In this document: positions 1 to 9,941 of the stretch, piece after piece
Layout: every line of letters begins with the position of its first letter
How positions within the stretch are numbered: position 1 is the first letter of the stretch
Assembly: GCA_964566175.1 (NCBI GenBank)
Contig: CAZMHU010000012.1
Span: 13,212-45,211 of the forward strand
Direction of reading: 5' to 3'
Source of the DNA: an uncultured Eubacteriales bacterium
GTDB lineage: Bacteria; Bacillota; Clostridia; Oscillospirales; Acutalibacteraceae
DNA: 32,000 nt
The notes under the pieces: generated by a model
Told to the model about the DNA's origin: nothing
Database searches by the model: none
What the model saw: the letters and a program-made list of their open reading frames with translations, nothing else
Made by a program: the position numbers and the translations under genes

Positions 1-1
1 C

Positions 2-637
2 AGTTGTTATAAAAATATGCTTCCTGAATGGCTTGAAGAACTTAAAAGGGATTATAATCATCCGTCACTTATCGGCTGGTGTCCCCTTAACGAAACAACA
101 CGCGGAATTGATGCCGAGTTTGTACGTTTCATTTTCAATCTGACAAAGGCGTATGACCCGACAAGATTGTTTATCGACAATTCCGGTTGGCATCATATTG
201 CCGGAACGTATGATATGTTCGACGTTCACAATTATTGTGACGATGCCGCAAAATTCCGTGAAAATTATGACCGCTTGACAGACGGCAGCGAAGCGGAATA
301 TCTTGACGGCAACGACGGCGGAGTTCACATAATGAGAAAGAGCAGTGAGATTTGCTTTGTCAGCGAGTTCGGCGGTGCACGTTGGGTTGCTGGCGAAAAC
401 GGCGGCAATAACTGGGGTTACGGCGAGCAGGTTAAAAACGTCAGCGAGTTTATCGAGCGTTACCGCGGTCTTGTTGATGCATTGCTTGACAATCCGAAAA
501 TTTCCGCATTTTGCTATACGCAACTTACTGATGTTGAGCAGGAGCAGAACGGTCTTTATACATATGACCGCCGCGCAAAGTTTGACCCGAATGTTATAAA
601 AGAAATAACCGCACGCAAGGCGGCTGTTGAAGAATAA
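2..637 (+). CDS. glycoside hydrolase family 2-like enzyme, C-terminal part (5' end outside window)
   Basis: The reading frame is open to the window edge. Motifs: NHPSLIGWCPLNE (GH2 acid/base NE motif), FVSEFGG (nucleophile Glu region) and a YTQLTDVEQEQNG tail typical of GH2 TIM-barrel enzymes. Stop TAA at 635-637. Confidence 0.7.
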   Translation, partial: SCYKNMLPEWLEELKRDYNHPSLIGWCPLNETTRGIDAEFVRFIFNLTKAYDPTRLFIDNSGWHHIAGTYDMFDVHNYCDDAAKFRENYDRLTDGSEAEYLDGNDGGVHIMRKSSEICFVSEFGGARWVAGENGGNNWGYGEQVKNVSEFIERYRGLVDALLDNPKISAFCYTQLTDVEQEQNGLYTYDRRAKFDPNVIKEITARKAAVEE

Positions 638-672
638 TAAAAAGCAGAAGGATTTTTCCTTCTGCTTTTTTA
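638..672. terminator. bidirectional intrinsic terminator between the convergent GH2 gene and the aro operon
   Basis: Perfect 10-bp stem AGCAGAAGGA (643-652) / TCCTTCTGCT (657-666) with a TTTT loop. An A-run lies upstream and a T-run (667-671) downstream, so it reads as hairpin plus U-tract on both strands. Confidence 0.8.
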
Positions 673-728
673 TTTAAACGGTAATTATAGGGCGGTGACT
701 TGCTCCCGCCGAAAGAACGACTGAGTTT

Positions 729-1757
729 TTAAAGTTCCTCAGCCAAATCAAATATAAGTTTTTCGGTCTTTTCCCAACCGAGACATGGGTCGGTTATAGA
801 TTTTCCGTAGGTGTGTTCGCAGACGCTTTGTGCGCCGTCCTCAATATAACTTTCTATCATAAGACCTTTTACAAGTTTTTTGATATCGTTGTTGTGATTT
901 CGGCTGTATATAACGTCTTTGGCAATTCTAATCTGTTCGAGATATTTCTTGCCTGAGTTTGCGTGGTTGGTGTCAACGATGACAGCAGCGTTTGCAAGAC
1001 CCGATGCGGCATAAAGTTCCGACAGTTTCAGCAGGTCTTCGTAGTGATAGTTTGAAACGTTTTTGCCCGCAAAATCGACATATCCGCGTAGTATCGCGTG
1101 TGCATAGGCGTTTCCGCCGCTTTTAACTTCCCAACCGCGGTAAATAAAGGTGTGACTGCTTTGAGCCGCCTTTATCGAGTTCATCATAATTCCGAGGTCT
1201 CCGCCCGTGGGGTTTTTCATTCCGACAGGAACGTCAAGACCGCTTGCGGTAAGGCGGTGTTGCTGATTTTCAACCGAACGTGCGCCGACGGCAACATAAG
1301 CCAAAAGGTCGGACAGATAGCGGTGGTTTTCGGGATATAACATCTCGTCCGCACATGTAAAACCGTAGTCTTTAAGTGCACTCATATGCAAATCGCGTAT
1401 TGCCAAGATACCGTTGAGCATATCGGGTTTTTCGTCGGGGTTGGGCTGATGAAGCATACCCTTGTATCCCTCGCCCGTCGTTCTCGGTTTGTTGGTGTAA
1501 ATTCGCGGAATGATGAGTATCTTGTCGGAAACCTTGTCCTGTACGGTTCTCAGTCGCGATATATAATCAAGTACACTTTCGCGGTTGTCGGCGGAACACG
1601 GGCCGATAATAAGCAAAAACTTATCGGACTTTCCCGAAAAAATATCCTTTATCAAGAGGTCGCGTTCGTCCTTGATTTTCTTCATTTCTTCTGTTACGGG
1701 ATAGCGGTTTTTGATTTGTTGCGGTATCGGGAGTTTGCGGTAAAATTCCAAGTTCAT
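729..1757 (-). CDS. aroF: 3-deoxy-7-phosphoheptulonate (DAHP) synthase, class I-alpha type
   Basis: 342 aa with LLIIGPCSADN and KPRTTGEGYKGML motifs characteristic of AroF/G/H-type DAHP synthases. Last gene of the minus-strand operon, 6 nt after the tyrA stop. The isozyme symbol is nominal. Confidence 0.85.
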   Translation of the reverse strand: MNLEFYRKLPIPQQIKNRYPVTEEMKKIKDERDLLIKDIFSGKSDKFLLIIGPCSADNRESVLDYISRLRTVQDKVSDKILIIPRIYTNKPRTTGEGYKGMLHQPNPDEKPDMLNGILAIRDLHMSALKDYGFTCADEMLYPENHRYLSDLLAYVAVGARSVENQQHRLTASGLDVPVGMKNPTGGDLGIMMNSIKAAQSSHTFIYRGWEVKSGGNAYAHAILRGYVDFAGKNVSNYHYEDLLKLSELYAASGLANAAVIVDTNHANSGKKYLEQIRIAKDVIYSRNHNNDIKKLVKGLMIESYIEDGAQSVCEHTYGKSITDPCLGWEKTEKLIFDLAEEL

Positions 1758-1763
1758 TTTGCG

Positions 1764-2624
1764 TCAGTCCTTTTTGTTGAATTTTCGGCGGCGTGTTGAG
1801 GACAGGCGCATCATTTCTCGCATTCCCTCGCGGTCTCCGTCTTTAATAAAGTTATAAAGTTTGTCAAAACTTTCGCGGTAGTTATCCATTTCAAGCAACA
1901 GCGCATCGCGGTTTGCAAGAAAAAGTTCGCTCCACATATCGTCGTTTATGTTGGCTATTCTTGTCAAATCGCGAAAAGAGTCGCCGGTGTAGCGCACAAG
2001 GTTTTCGTTGCTGTTGGCACACATAAGCGAAACGGCAATACAGTGAGTGAGCTGCGAGAGAAAAGCAATCATTTCGTCGTGTTCTCTCGGCGAGAGGACG
2101 GATATTTTTTCAAATCCAAGCACAGTACCGAGTTCTTTGCAAAGTGCAATTCCGCTTTCGGTGTTTTTTTCGGTCGGAACAACAATATAGTTTGCGCCTT
2201 TGAAAATGCTGTCGTCGCTGTTCTGCACTCCGTATACTTCACGACCTGCCATTGGGTGTGCCGATATAAACTCAACACCGTCGGGCAAAAGCGACTGAAC
2301 GGTGTCAACGATGCAACCCTTAACGCCCGTAACGTCGGTTATAACAGTCCCCGAGCGAATAAGCGAACCGTGTTCTTTTATCCAATCGATAAAAATATGC
2401 GGATAGAGTGCGAAAACAATAATATCCGCTTCGGCTATCAGCGTTTCGTCAACTTCGGTACTGCCGCGGTCGATAAGATTGTGCTCCAGTGCGTAATCCA
2501 CCGAGTCGGCGGTTTTTGTTATGGCACTGACGTAAAAACCCTGTTTTTTGAGAGCCATAGCATAACAGCCGCCAAGGAGTCCCAAGCCGACTATCAAAAT
2601 TTTTTTGTCTTTATCAAGTGTCAT
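1764..2624 (-). CDS. tyrA: prephenate dehydrogenase
   Basis: 286 aa with an N-terminal Rossmann motif ILIVGLGLLGG and the HPMAGRE motif of prephenate/arogenate dehydrogenases. Confidence 0.85.
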   Translation of the reverse strand: MTLDKDKKILIVGLGLLGGCYAMALKKQGFYVSAITKTADSVDYALEHNLIDRGSTEVDETLIAEADIIVFALYPHIFIDWIKEHGSLIRSGTVITDVTGVKGCIVDTVQSLLPDGVEFISAHPMAGREVYGVQNSDDSIFKGANYIVVPTEKNTESGIALCKELGTVLGFEKISVLSPREHDEMIAFLSQLTHCIAVSLMCANSNENLVRYTGDSFRDLTRIANINDDMWSELFLANRDALLLEMDNYRESFDKLYNFIKDGDREGMREMMRLSSTRRRKFNKKD

Positions 2625-3822
2625 CTGAAATAATTCCTATTCCTAATTTTTCGATTTGTGAAAAGAAGTCCGGAAAACTTTTGCTTACCGCTTCCGCTCC
2701 CTCGATTTGCCCGCCGTATATACTGCAAAGCAGTGAAAGTGCCATAACTATTCGGTGGTCGTTATGTCCGCAAAGCGGAACCGTGGGCGTGTGCGGTGTG
2801 CCGTGTTTTACCGTAATGTCGTTATCGTTTATCAAAACGTCAATTCCGAACTTTGCAAGTTCCGCCTTCATAGCTTCGCCGCGGTCGCTTTCTTTGATTT
2901 TAAGCCGCCGTGTTCCAAGGAAGTGTGCACCGCCCGATACTGCCGACATAGCGAACATAACGGGGGCTAAATCGGGGCAGTCGGAAAGGTCAAACTCACG
3001 GTGTCCGTTTTTGAGTTCCGAAAACATCTTTTTGTAAATATAATCGCCCTGTAATGTATCTTCGCGCAGTCCGGTTACGGTAACATTTCCGCCGAGCAGA
3101 TTAAAAGCGTCAAGAAAAGCGGCATTTGAGCAGTCACCCTCAACCGTGACGTTTTGTGCGGTGTAGTGGCTGTTTTTTTCGATATAAAACGTGTTGCCTT
3201 TTCGGGTCGGGTTGACACCGAAAATTCTCATTGCATCGAGCGTTAAATTAACATATGACTCGCTTTCGAAGTTGCCTGTTACGGTAACGATGCTGTCGGT
3301 ATCAAGCAGGGGAAGTGTTAAAAGCAGTCCGGTTATAAACTGGCTTGAAACATCGCCGGGGAGAGTATAATCTCCGCCGTGCAGTTTGCCGGTTACGGCA
3401 AGTTCGGTTTTCATTTTTTGAAATATTATGTTTTCCTCACGGCATATTTTTTCGTAAATATCAAGCGGGCGGGAGAAAAGGCGTTCACTGCCGTTAAGAT
3501 ATACGGTTTTATTTGCCAGCATACAAAGCGGCAAAAGAAAACGAAGTGTACTTCCGCTTTCATTGCAGTCAAGGTGTGCGCCGTCTTTGATATTAAATGG
3601 GTTAAGTTTGCCTATATACACGCTGTTTTTGCTTTTTTCGACCCTCGCGCCCATTTTTTCAAGACATCCGAGCGTTGCCGTAATGTCCTTTGAAAATGCG
3701 ATATTGTCAATGCGACTGCCCCCGCTGAGTGCACCGCAGATAAGCAGTCGGTGTGCGGCGCTTTTAGAGGGCGGGGCGGAAACACTGCCCACAGCGCATG
3801 ATTTTAAAAACGTAACATTCAT
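2614..3822 (-). CDS. aroA: 3-phosphoshikimate 1-carboxyvinyltransferase (EPSP synthase)
   Basis: 402 aa with APPSKSAAHRLLICGAL and NESGSTLRFLLP motifs. Its 3' end overlaps the tyrA start by 11 nt. Confidence 0.9.
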   Translation of the reverse strand: MNVTFLKSCAVGSVSAPPSKSAAHRLLICGALSGGSRIDNIAFSKDITATLGCLEKMGARVEKSKNSVYIGKLNPFNIKDGAHLDCNESGSTLRFLLPLCMLANKTVYLNGSERLFSRPLDIYEKICREENIIFQKMKTELAVTGKLHGGDYTLPGDVSSQFITGLLLTLPLLDTDSIVTVTGNFESESYVNLTLDAMRIFGVNPTRKGNTFYIEKNSHYTAQNVTVEGDCSNAAFLDAFNLLGGNVTVTGLREDTLQGDYIYKKMFSELKNGHREFDLSDCPDLAPVMFAMSAVSGGAHFLGTRRLKIKESDRGEAMKAELAKFGIDVLINDNDITVKHGTPHTPTVPLCGHNDHRIVMALSLLCSIYGGQIEGAEAVSKSFPDFFSQIEKLGIGIISDDT

Positions 3823-4259
3823 TTTTCGCTCCTCGCGATTTCAAAGAGGATATCCAACGCTTCGGTATAGCCTTTGAAACCGTGTCCCATAACCGTTTTA
3901 TTACAATATTTGCGAACATAACTTATCTGTCTGAAATCATCGCGTTTTGAAACATCGGAAATGTGAACTTCAACCGTCGGAATACCGACCGCTTTAAGTG
4001 CATCGAGCAGAGCGACGCTTGTGTGTGTATATGCGGCGGGGTTTATGACTATTCCGTCTATAGTTCCGTATGCCGACTGGATTTTATCAACAAGGTCACC
4101 CTCGTGATTCGATTGATAAATCTCCACCTCGACGCCTATTTCCTTTGCGTGATTTCCTATGAGCGTGCAAAGATCGCTATAGGTGGCTGTGCCGTATATT
4201 TCCGGCTCGCGAATGCCGAGCATATTGAGATTAGGGCCGTTAATAACCAAAAATTTCAT
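3819..4259 (-). CDS. aroQ: type II 3-dehydroquinate dehydratase
   Basis: 146 aa with INGPNLNMLGIREPEIYG, QSNHEG, INPAAYTHTS and EVHISDVSKRDDFR. Shares a 4-nt ATGA overlap with aroA. Confidence 0.95.
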   Translation of the reverse strand: MKFLVINGPNLNMLGIREPEIYGTATYSDLCTLIGNHAKEIGVEVEIYQSNHEGDLVDKIQSAYGTIDGIVINPAAYTHTSVALLDALKAVGIPTVEVHISDVSKRDDFRQISYVRKYCNKTVMGHGFKGYTEALDILFEIARSEK

Positions 4260-5493
4260 TGTAAAAATCCTCTTTAACAGCGCTTTCGGTATCTTCTATA
4301 CTGCCTGCGGCGTCTATTCTCGCGTCACAGCGGTTGAGATACAGCGAATAGCGTTCTTCATATCTTTTTTCAAGTGCGGCGCGATTGCTTGAAAGCGGAC
4401 GGTCTTTGGTAGAAACAAGAAGTTCAAGAGGACGGTCGAGAAAATATATTCTGCCGTTCTCACGCAACAGTGCGATGTTTTCCTCTTTTAAAATTGCTCC
4501 GCCGCCGGTTGCGATAACGGTGTGCTGTCTTGTTGCAACACTTTTTATCACTTCGCTTTCGATTTTACGGAAGCCCTCTTCGCCGCATTCGGCAAATATT
4601 TCCGATATTTTCTTGCCGCATTTTTCTTCAATGAGAATATCGGTATCGCAAAAGTTCATACCTGAATTTTTTGCCAAAAGTTTGCCTATCGTCGATTTTC
4701 CGCACGCCGGCATACCGACAAGGACGATGTTTTCTTTGCTGTATAGCAGTTCTTTGTATATGCGGTTTGTTTTTTCGCTTTCAACCGTCGTGTCGGTGAA
4801 TTTTTCCGCCGCAAACGCCGCCTGTGCCACAAGCATAAAAAGTCCGCCGATTGCGGTAATGCCGCGGTCTTTTGCGTCACACACGAGTTTTGAACGCAAC
4901 GGATTGTAAACGGCATCAACAACGCCGCAAAGATTGTTAAAACGTGTAATATCAACAGCGCTTTTATAAATATCGGGGTACATTCCGCAGGGGGTCGTGT
5001 TTATTATAATTTCGGCATCCGAATGTTTTGAAAGCGCGAGGTCGTATGTTATACAGCCGTCGGTATCGTTTCTCGAAACACGGAACACCTCTCTGCAACC
5101 GAGATTTTTCGCAACAGCCAATGCGGTTTTCGATGTGCCGCCGCTGCCTAGAATAAGCACCTTTTTGTCACACAGGTCGATGTTTGCTTTTTTAATAAGT
5201 TCGCACATTCCCGAATAATCGGTATTATAGCCGTAAAGTTTGCCGTCGCGGTTTACAATCGTGTTGACAGCGCCGATTTGCTTTGCGGTATCATCAATAT
5301 AATCGAGAAAAGGAATAACGTCCCGCTTGTAGGGAATGGTCACGTTTATTGCCGAAAAGTTTTTCTCCGTCATAAAGGCGGGAAGTTCTCCTCGCGGAAT
5401 TTCTTTCAGTATGTAATCGTAATCAAACAATTTGCGGTGTATTTCCGCGGAAAAACTGTGCGAGAGTTTTTCTCCTATACAGCCGTAATTCAT
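4240..5493 (-). CDS. aroE-aroK: bifunctional shikimate dehydrogenase / shikimate kinase (AroE-AroK fusion)
   Basis: The N-terminal ~265 aa are shikimate-dehydrogenase-like (YGCIGEKLSHSFS, LILGSGGTSKTA). The C-terminal ~150 aa are shikimate kinase (IVLVGMPACGKSTIGKLLA Walker A). The ORF track starts at TTG 5508. I prefer ATG 5493 (MNYGCIGEK...), which overlaps the aroC stop as TAATG. Confidence 0.85.
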   Translation of the reverse strand: MNYGCIGEKLSHSFSAEIHRKLFDYDYILKEIPRGELPAFMTEKNFSAINVTIPYKRDVIPFLDYIDDTAKQIGAVNTIVNRDGKLYGYNTDYSGMCELIKKANIDLCDKKVLILGSGGTSKTALAVAKNLGCREVFRVSRNDTDGCITYDLALSKHSDAEIIINTTPCGMYPDIYKSAVDITRFNNLCGVVDAVYNPLRSKLVCDAKDRGITAIGGLFMLVAQAAFAAEKFTDTTVESEKTNRIYKELLYSKENIVLVGMPACGKSTIGKLLAKNSGMNFCDTDILIEEKCGKKISEIFAECGEEGFRKIESEVIKSVATRQHTVIATGGGAILKEENIALLRENGRIYFLDRPLELLVSTKDRPLSSNRAALEKRYEERYSLYLNRCDARIDAAGSIEDTESAVKEDFYNEIFGY

Positions 5494-6584
5494 TATTTCG
5501 CCAACCAATCTGTTCCGAAACGTTCGGTTAAAATATCACAAAGGGTTATTGCCGTAACGGCATCGATAACCGCCCTCGCACGGTGAACGATGCAAGGGTC
5601 GTGTCTGCCTTTGGCAGACAGAACGGCGTCGGTGCCGTTTTTAATATCGACGGTTTGCTGTTCTTTGCTTATTGTCGGTGTGGGGCGTATTGCCGTGCGA
5701 AATACGATAGGCATTCCGTTTGTAATACCGCCGTTAATGCCGCCACTGTTGTTTTTCTTTGTCAAAACCGCATCGCCGCACATATAAAACGGGTCGTTGG
5801 CTTCACTGCCGAACATATCGGCAAGGGCGAACCCTGCGCCGAACTCAATGCCTTTAACGGCGGGAACGGAAAACAGTGCGTGTGAGAGCATACCCTCAAC
5901 CGTGTCAAACCACGGCTCACCCACACCGGCAGTCATACCGATAACGGCACTCTCAAGCACGCCGCCTACGCTGTCGCCTTCAACCTTGGCGGAGAGAATT
6001 TTTTCTTTCATAAGTTCTGCCTTTTTGCTGTCCAAAACCGCAAACGGCATATTTTTAAGAGTATCGATATCTTTTTCGGTGTCACTGAAATCGCGGTCGG
6101 ATATTCCGCCTATGCGTTTAATATGCGTGCCGATTTTGATACCTTTTTTTTCGAGTGCGGGAATAAGTATTCCGCCCACCGCTACAAGTGCCGCGGTTAT
6201 TCTTCCGCTGAAGTGTCCACCGCCGCGGTAGTCCTGAAAACCGTGATATTTCATTTCGGCGGTGTAGTCGGCGTGGGACGGACGCGCAAGACGGCTCATA
6301 TCGCTGTAATCTTTTGAGCGTGTGTCGGTGTTTGGTATTAAAATGCAAAGCGGCGTACCGGTTGTTTTGCCTTTAAAAGCACCGCTGTGTATAACATATT
6401 CGTCGGGTTCTTTGCGCGCTGTCGAGAGTCCGTCAAACGGACGCCTTAAAGAAAGCAAGGCGTCTATACGTTCTTTGCTGATTTCAACCCCCGGAGCAAT
6501 TCCGTCAATAACGGCACCGACGGCACTGCCGTGGCTCTCGCCGAAAAGGGTGACAGTCAGACTGTTTCCGAATGTGTTTTTCAT
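5493..6584 (-). CDS. aroC: chorismate synthase
   Basis: 363 aa with FGNSLTVTLFGESHGSAVGAVIDG, RPSHADY and GRHDPC motifs. TAATG overlap with the aroB stop. Confidence 0.95.
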   Translation of the reverse strand: MKNTFGNSLTVTLFGESHGSAVGAVIDGIAPGVEISKERIDALLSLRRPFDGLSTARKEPDEYVIHSGAFKGKTTGTPLCILIPNTDTRSKDYSDMSRLARPSHADYTAEMKYHGFQDYRGGGHFSGRITAALVAVGGILIPALEKKGIKIGTHIKRIGGISDRDFSDTEKDIDTLKNMPFAVLDSKKAELMKEKILSAKVEGDSVGGVLESAVIGMTAGVGEPWFDTVEGMLSHALFSVPAVKGIEFGAGFALADMFGSEANDPFYMCGDAVLTKKNNSGGINGGITNGMPIVFRTAIRPTPTISKEQQTVDIKNGTDAVLSAKGRHDPCIVHRARAVIDAVTAITLCDILTERFGTDWLAK

Positions 6585-7600
6585 TAAAGCACCTCACTGA
6601 GCATCTTTTTATAATCGTCAAGCGTGATTTTTCTGAACTCAAATTTTCCTATTTTCGGAACATAAACCACGGTGAGTTCGCTTCCCGCGAGTTTTTTGTC
6701 GTGTCCTATTGCCTCTTCCAGTGCAGTTTTGTCAAGTCTGATATCGGTTGGGAGAGACAGACGTTTGAGCACCGGCAACAGGCGTTCTTTAACTTCGTTG
6801 GAACACATAGGTATCATTCCAGCAGCAACACATTCTCCGTGGTAATAATTTTCCATATTGTCGGCACTTTCCATTGCGTGTGCAAGGGTGTGCCCGAAGT
6901 TTAAAATTTTGCGAATGCCGCCCTCACGCTCGTCCTCTTCAACAACACGCTTTTTGATGTAAAGCGAGCGTTCTATGATTATGTCGAGTGACTCGCGTAT
7001 ATCCGATTTTTCGAAAATCTCAAACAATTCGGCATCGCTTGTGAGAGCCATTTTGACCGACTCGGCAAGACCGTTTGAAATTTGTCGGTCTGGCAGGGTT
7101 GAGAGGGTTTGCGGGTCGATAAGGACGGCTTTCGGCGGATAAAATGCGCCTACGATATTTTTATAACCCAAAAAATCCACTGCCGTCTTTCCGCCTATTG
7201 AACTGTCAACCTGTGACAGCACCGTTGTGGGAATGTTGTAAAAATCAATTCCGCGCATATAGGTAGAGGCTACAAACCCCGCCAAATCGCCGACAACACC
7301 GCCGCCTACGGCAACGACGCAGTCGGTTCGTGTGAAACCGTTTTTCACGAGCGTTTTTAAAACATCGGTATAGGTGTCGAGTTGTTTTGATTGCTCTCCC
7401 TGAGGTATTACTTTTATAACAGGGGTTTTACAAGTTGCCGCAACGGTTTCCGCATATTCTTTCGGAACACCGCTGTCGGTAACTATCAGCACTCGCCTTG
7501 AAAGATTTAAATAATCCGCGGCATTTTTAAGTATTCCACGCTCGAGGCGAATGTTGTACGCTCCCAGAGAGGTTTTAACCGTTATGACCATAATTTTCAC
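6584..7600 (-). CDS. aroB: 3-dehydroquinate synthase
   Basis: 338 aa with GGGVVGDLAGFVASTYMRGIDFYNIPTT and NFGHTLAHAME motifs. The likely true start is ATG 7591 (RBS AGGTGA 5 nt upstream) rather than GTG 7600. Confidence 0.9.
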   Translation of the reverse strand: MKIMVITVKTSLGAYNIRLERGILKNAADYLNLSRRVLIVTDSGVPKEYAETVAATCKTPVIKVIPQGEQSKQLDTYTDVLKTLVKNGFTRTDCVVAVGGGVVGDLAGFVASTYMRGIDFYNIPTTVLSQVDSSIGGKTAVDFLGYKNIVGAFYPPKAVLIDPQTLSTLPDRQISNGLAESVKMALTSDAELFEIFEKSDIRESLDIIIERSLYIKKRVVEEDEREGGIRKILNFGHTLAHAMESADNMENYYHGECVAAGMIPMCSNEVKERLLPVLKRLSLPTDIRLDKTALEEAIGHDKKLAGSELTVVYVPKIGKFEFRKITLDDYKKMLSEVL

Positions 7601-7604
7601 CTAC

Positions 7605-8693
7605 TTAAATTTTAACTTCTTTTTCAAATCTGCCGACTATCTTAACGCTGTTACAGCATTTTTTAAGTTCTTTAAGCATCGCTTTTCCGCTGTCCGTCGC
7701 GAGGTTGCCTTCGCCCTCGGCATAAAAATAGTAATCCCAACTGAGTTCTTTTGTCGGGCGGCTTTTAAGTGCCAAAAGGTTAAAGCCGTGTTCTCCGATA
7801 ACCGATATGGCTCTGCCGAGCGAGCCGGCGGCGTTTTTAACGGTGAAGAGCATAATAAAGCGGTTGTCGGTTTTGCCGGCTGTGCGCTGTGCACGTGAGA
7901 AAACGGCAAAACGTGTGGTGTTTGTACTGCTTTGGTTTATATGTCCGTCGAGTTTGACAAGCGAAAACTTTTCTGCTGCCTCTTCGCTTGCTATTGCGGC
8001 AATATCCGTTCTGCCGCCGTTTGCAACCTGTTTTGCGGCAACGGCGGTATTTACGGCACTTATAGTTTCAAAACCGTGTTTTTTAATATATTCGGCGCAT
8101 TGACCGAGAGCCTGCGGGTGACTTATAACGGTTTTAATTCCGTCGAGCGTTGCCCCCTTGACGGCGAGCAGATTTTGAATAATTTCCGCTTCGTAAACGC
8201 CGTTAATATAAAGCGAGCCGAAGAACGCCAAATCAAGCACCTTGTTAACATCGCCGTTGAAACTGTTTTCGACCGGAAGAACGGCACAGTCGCATTCGCC
8301 GCTCATAACAGAATTGTATGCCGCGTCGAAATCGGGATATGGGACGGCAACGGCATCGGGGAATATACGCTCTGCCGCAATGTTGGCAAAAGCCCCTTCA
8401 ACGCCGCTGTACGCAACACGCATACCGTCAAGCAGGCGGTGCTGTAAATTTTTAGAAAGGTCAATGGTAGAGCGAAGAAAATTTACATAATATGAGCGGT
8501 AATCGTCGTCCGATATAAGGGCGGCATTACGCTTTATGATTTTTTCTTCACGCGCAAAATCGTCGACGGGAAGACCGTGCTCTTTTTTATATTTTGCAAC
8601 GGTTCTCACGGCATCCATACGCTGTGAGAAAAGGTGCGCCATTTCGCTGTCGGCTTGGTTTATAAGTTCTCTCGCTTTTTCAAGGTCGGTCAT
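7605..8693 (-). CDS. pheA: bifunctional chorismate mutase / prephenate dehydratase (P-protein)
   Basis: 362 aa in three parts. The N-terminus is an AroQ-class chorismate mutase helix bundle (ARELINQADSEMAHLFSQRMDAV...KKEHGLPVDDFAREE). The PDT domain has VAYSGVEGAF and TNTTRFAVF. The C-terminus is ACT-like (LKSRPTKE). Confidence 0.9.
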   Translation of the reverse strand: MTDLEKARELINQADSEMAHLFSQRMDAVRTVAKYKKEHGLPVDDFAREEKIIKRNAALISDDDYRSYYVNFLRSTIDLSKNLQHRLLDGMRVAYSGVEGAFANIAAERIFPDAVAVPYPDFDAAYNSVMSGECDCAVLPVENSFNGDVNKVLDLAFFGSLYINGVYEAEIIQNLLAVKGATLDGIKTVISHPQALGQCAEYIKKHGFETISAVNTAVAAKQVANGGRTDIAAIASEEAAEKFSLVKLDGHINQSSTNTTRFAVFSRAQRTAGKTDNRFIMLFTVKNAAGSLGRAISVIGEHGFNLLALKSRPTKELSWDYYFYAEGEGNLATDSGKAMLKELKKCCNSVKIVGRFEKEVKI

Positions 8694-8722
8694 AATAATC
8701 GGTTCTCCCTATGTCTTAATGT

Positions 8723-9916
8723 TTATTTCGACATTTTGTATTCATCGTAAAGTGCCTTGAATGCCGGAATAGAGCGTTCAATCTGTTCATAACTTACGCA
8801 ATATGCAAGGCGTACGTAACCCTCAACGCCGAAGTCATCGCTCGGAACAGGCAGAAGTTCATATTTTTTCGCTCGCTCGCAAAACGCCTTTGCGTCGGGT
8901 TCAAGTGCCTTGACAAAGAGATAAAATGCTCCGTCGGGACGAACCGCTTCAAAACCTATGTCGCAAAGTGAATTATAAAGCAGGTCGCGGTTGCGTTCAT
9001 AACTCGAAAGGTCGGGAGAAATGCCGTCGCACTCCGCAACACAGCGTTGCCAAAGACTCGGTGCACAGACAAATCCCATACTGCGGCCTGCTCCGCAAAT
9101 GGCGGCAAAAACTTCGCCCGCATCTTGCATCTTAGGCGAAACCATAATATAGCCTATGCGTTCGCCGGGGAGCGAGAGCGACTTGCTGTATGAATAGCAT
9201 ACAACGGTATCGTCATAATAATTAGGAATATACGGCACGAATACATCACCGTAAACAAGTTCGCGATAGGGTTCGTCGGCGATTATTGTAATGCGTGTTC
9301 CGTACTCACTGCGCTTTTTTCTGAGCAAGTCCGAGAGCATCTTAATGCTTTCTTCGCCGAAAACAGCGCCCGACGGATTGTTGGGCGAATTTATTATTAT
9401 CGCGCGAGTATTTTCGTTTATTGCCTTTTCAATAGCGGGTATGTCAAGGTCGAATGTGCCGTCGGTGCACTTTACCGTTTTGACAGTTGCGCCCGAATTT
9501 TCAACGAAAACGCGATATTCGGGGAAGAACGGAGCGAGTACAATAACTTCGCTTCCTTCTTCGGTTATTGCGCCGAGTGTAACGGTGAGCGATGCCGCCG
9601 CACCGCAGGTCATATACATAAGTGCGGGGTCGGCGTCAAAAGAAAAACGCTCTTTAATATTTTTTGCAAGCGTTTTCTTAACATTCATATCGCCCGCCGC
9701 AGAAGTGTAGCCGTGAAGAGCAACGGGGTCGGTGTCGGATATAAGGCGTTTGAGCGTTTCGGTTACGACATTCGGTGCGGGAATGCTCGGATTGCCGAGA
9801 CTGAAATCGAAAACGTTTTCCGCGCCGATTTTCGACTTTCTGATCGCCGAATATTCGAAAATTTCTCTAATGCAGGAACGCTTTTTTCCAAGTTGTAACA
9901 TTTTTTTTGAAACCAT
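8723..9916 (-). CDS. class I/II PLP-dependent aminotransferase (aromatic/aspartate aminotransferase-like)
   Basis: 397 aa with NSPNNPSGAV and the YSYSKSLSLPGERIGY PLP-lysine motif. First gene of the operon, with RBS GGAGATGA upstream of ATG 9916. Confidence 0.85.
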   Translation of the reverse strand: MVSKKMLQLGKKRSCIREIFEYSAIRKSKIGAENVFDFSLGNPSIPAPNVVTETLKRLISDTDPVALHGYTSAAGDMNVKKTLAKNIKERFSFDADPALMYMTCGAAASLTVTLGAITEEGSEVIVLAPFFPEYRVFVENSGATVKTVKCTDGTFDLDIPAIEKAINENTRAIIINSPNNPSGAVFGEESIKMLSDLLRKKRSEYGTRITIIADEPYRELVYGDVFVPYIPNYYDDTVVCYSYSKSLSLPGERIGYIMVSPKMQDAGEVFAAICGAGRSMGFVCAPSLWQRCVAECDGISPDLSSYERNRDLLYNSLCDIGFEAVRPDGAFYLFVKALEPDAKAFCERAKKYELLPVPSDDFGVEGYVRLAYCVSYEQIERSIPAFKALYDEYKMSK

Positions 9917-9941
9917 AAAATCATCTCCGAAAATTTAAAAT

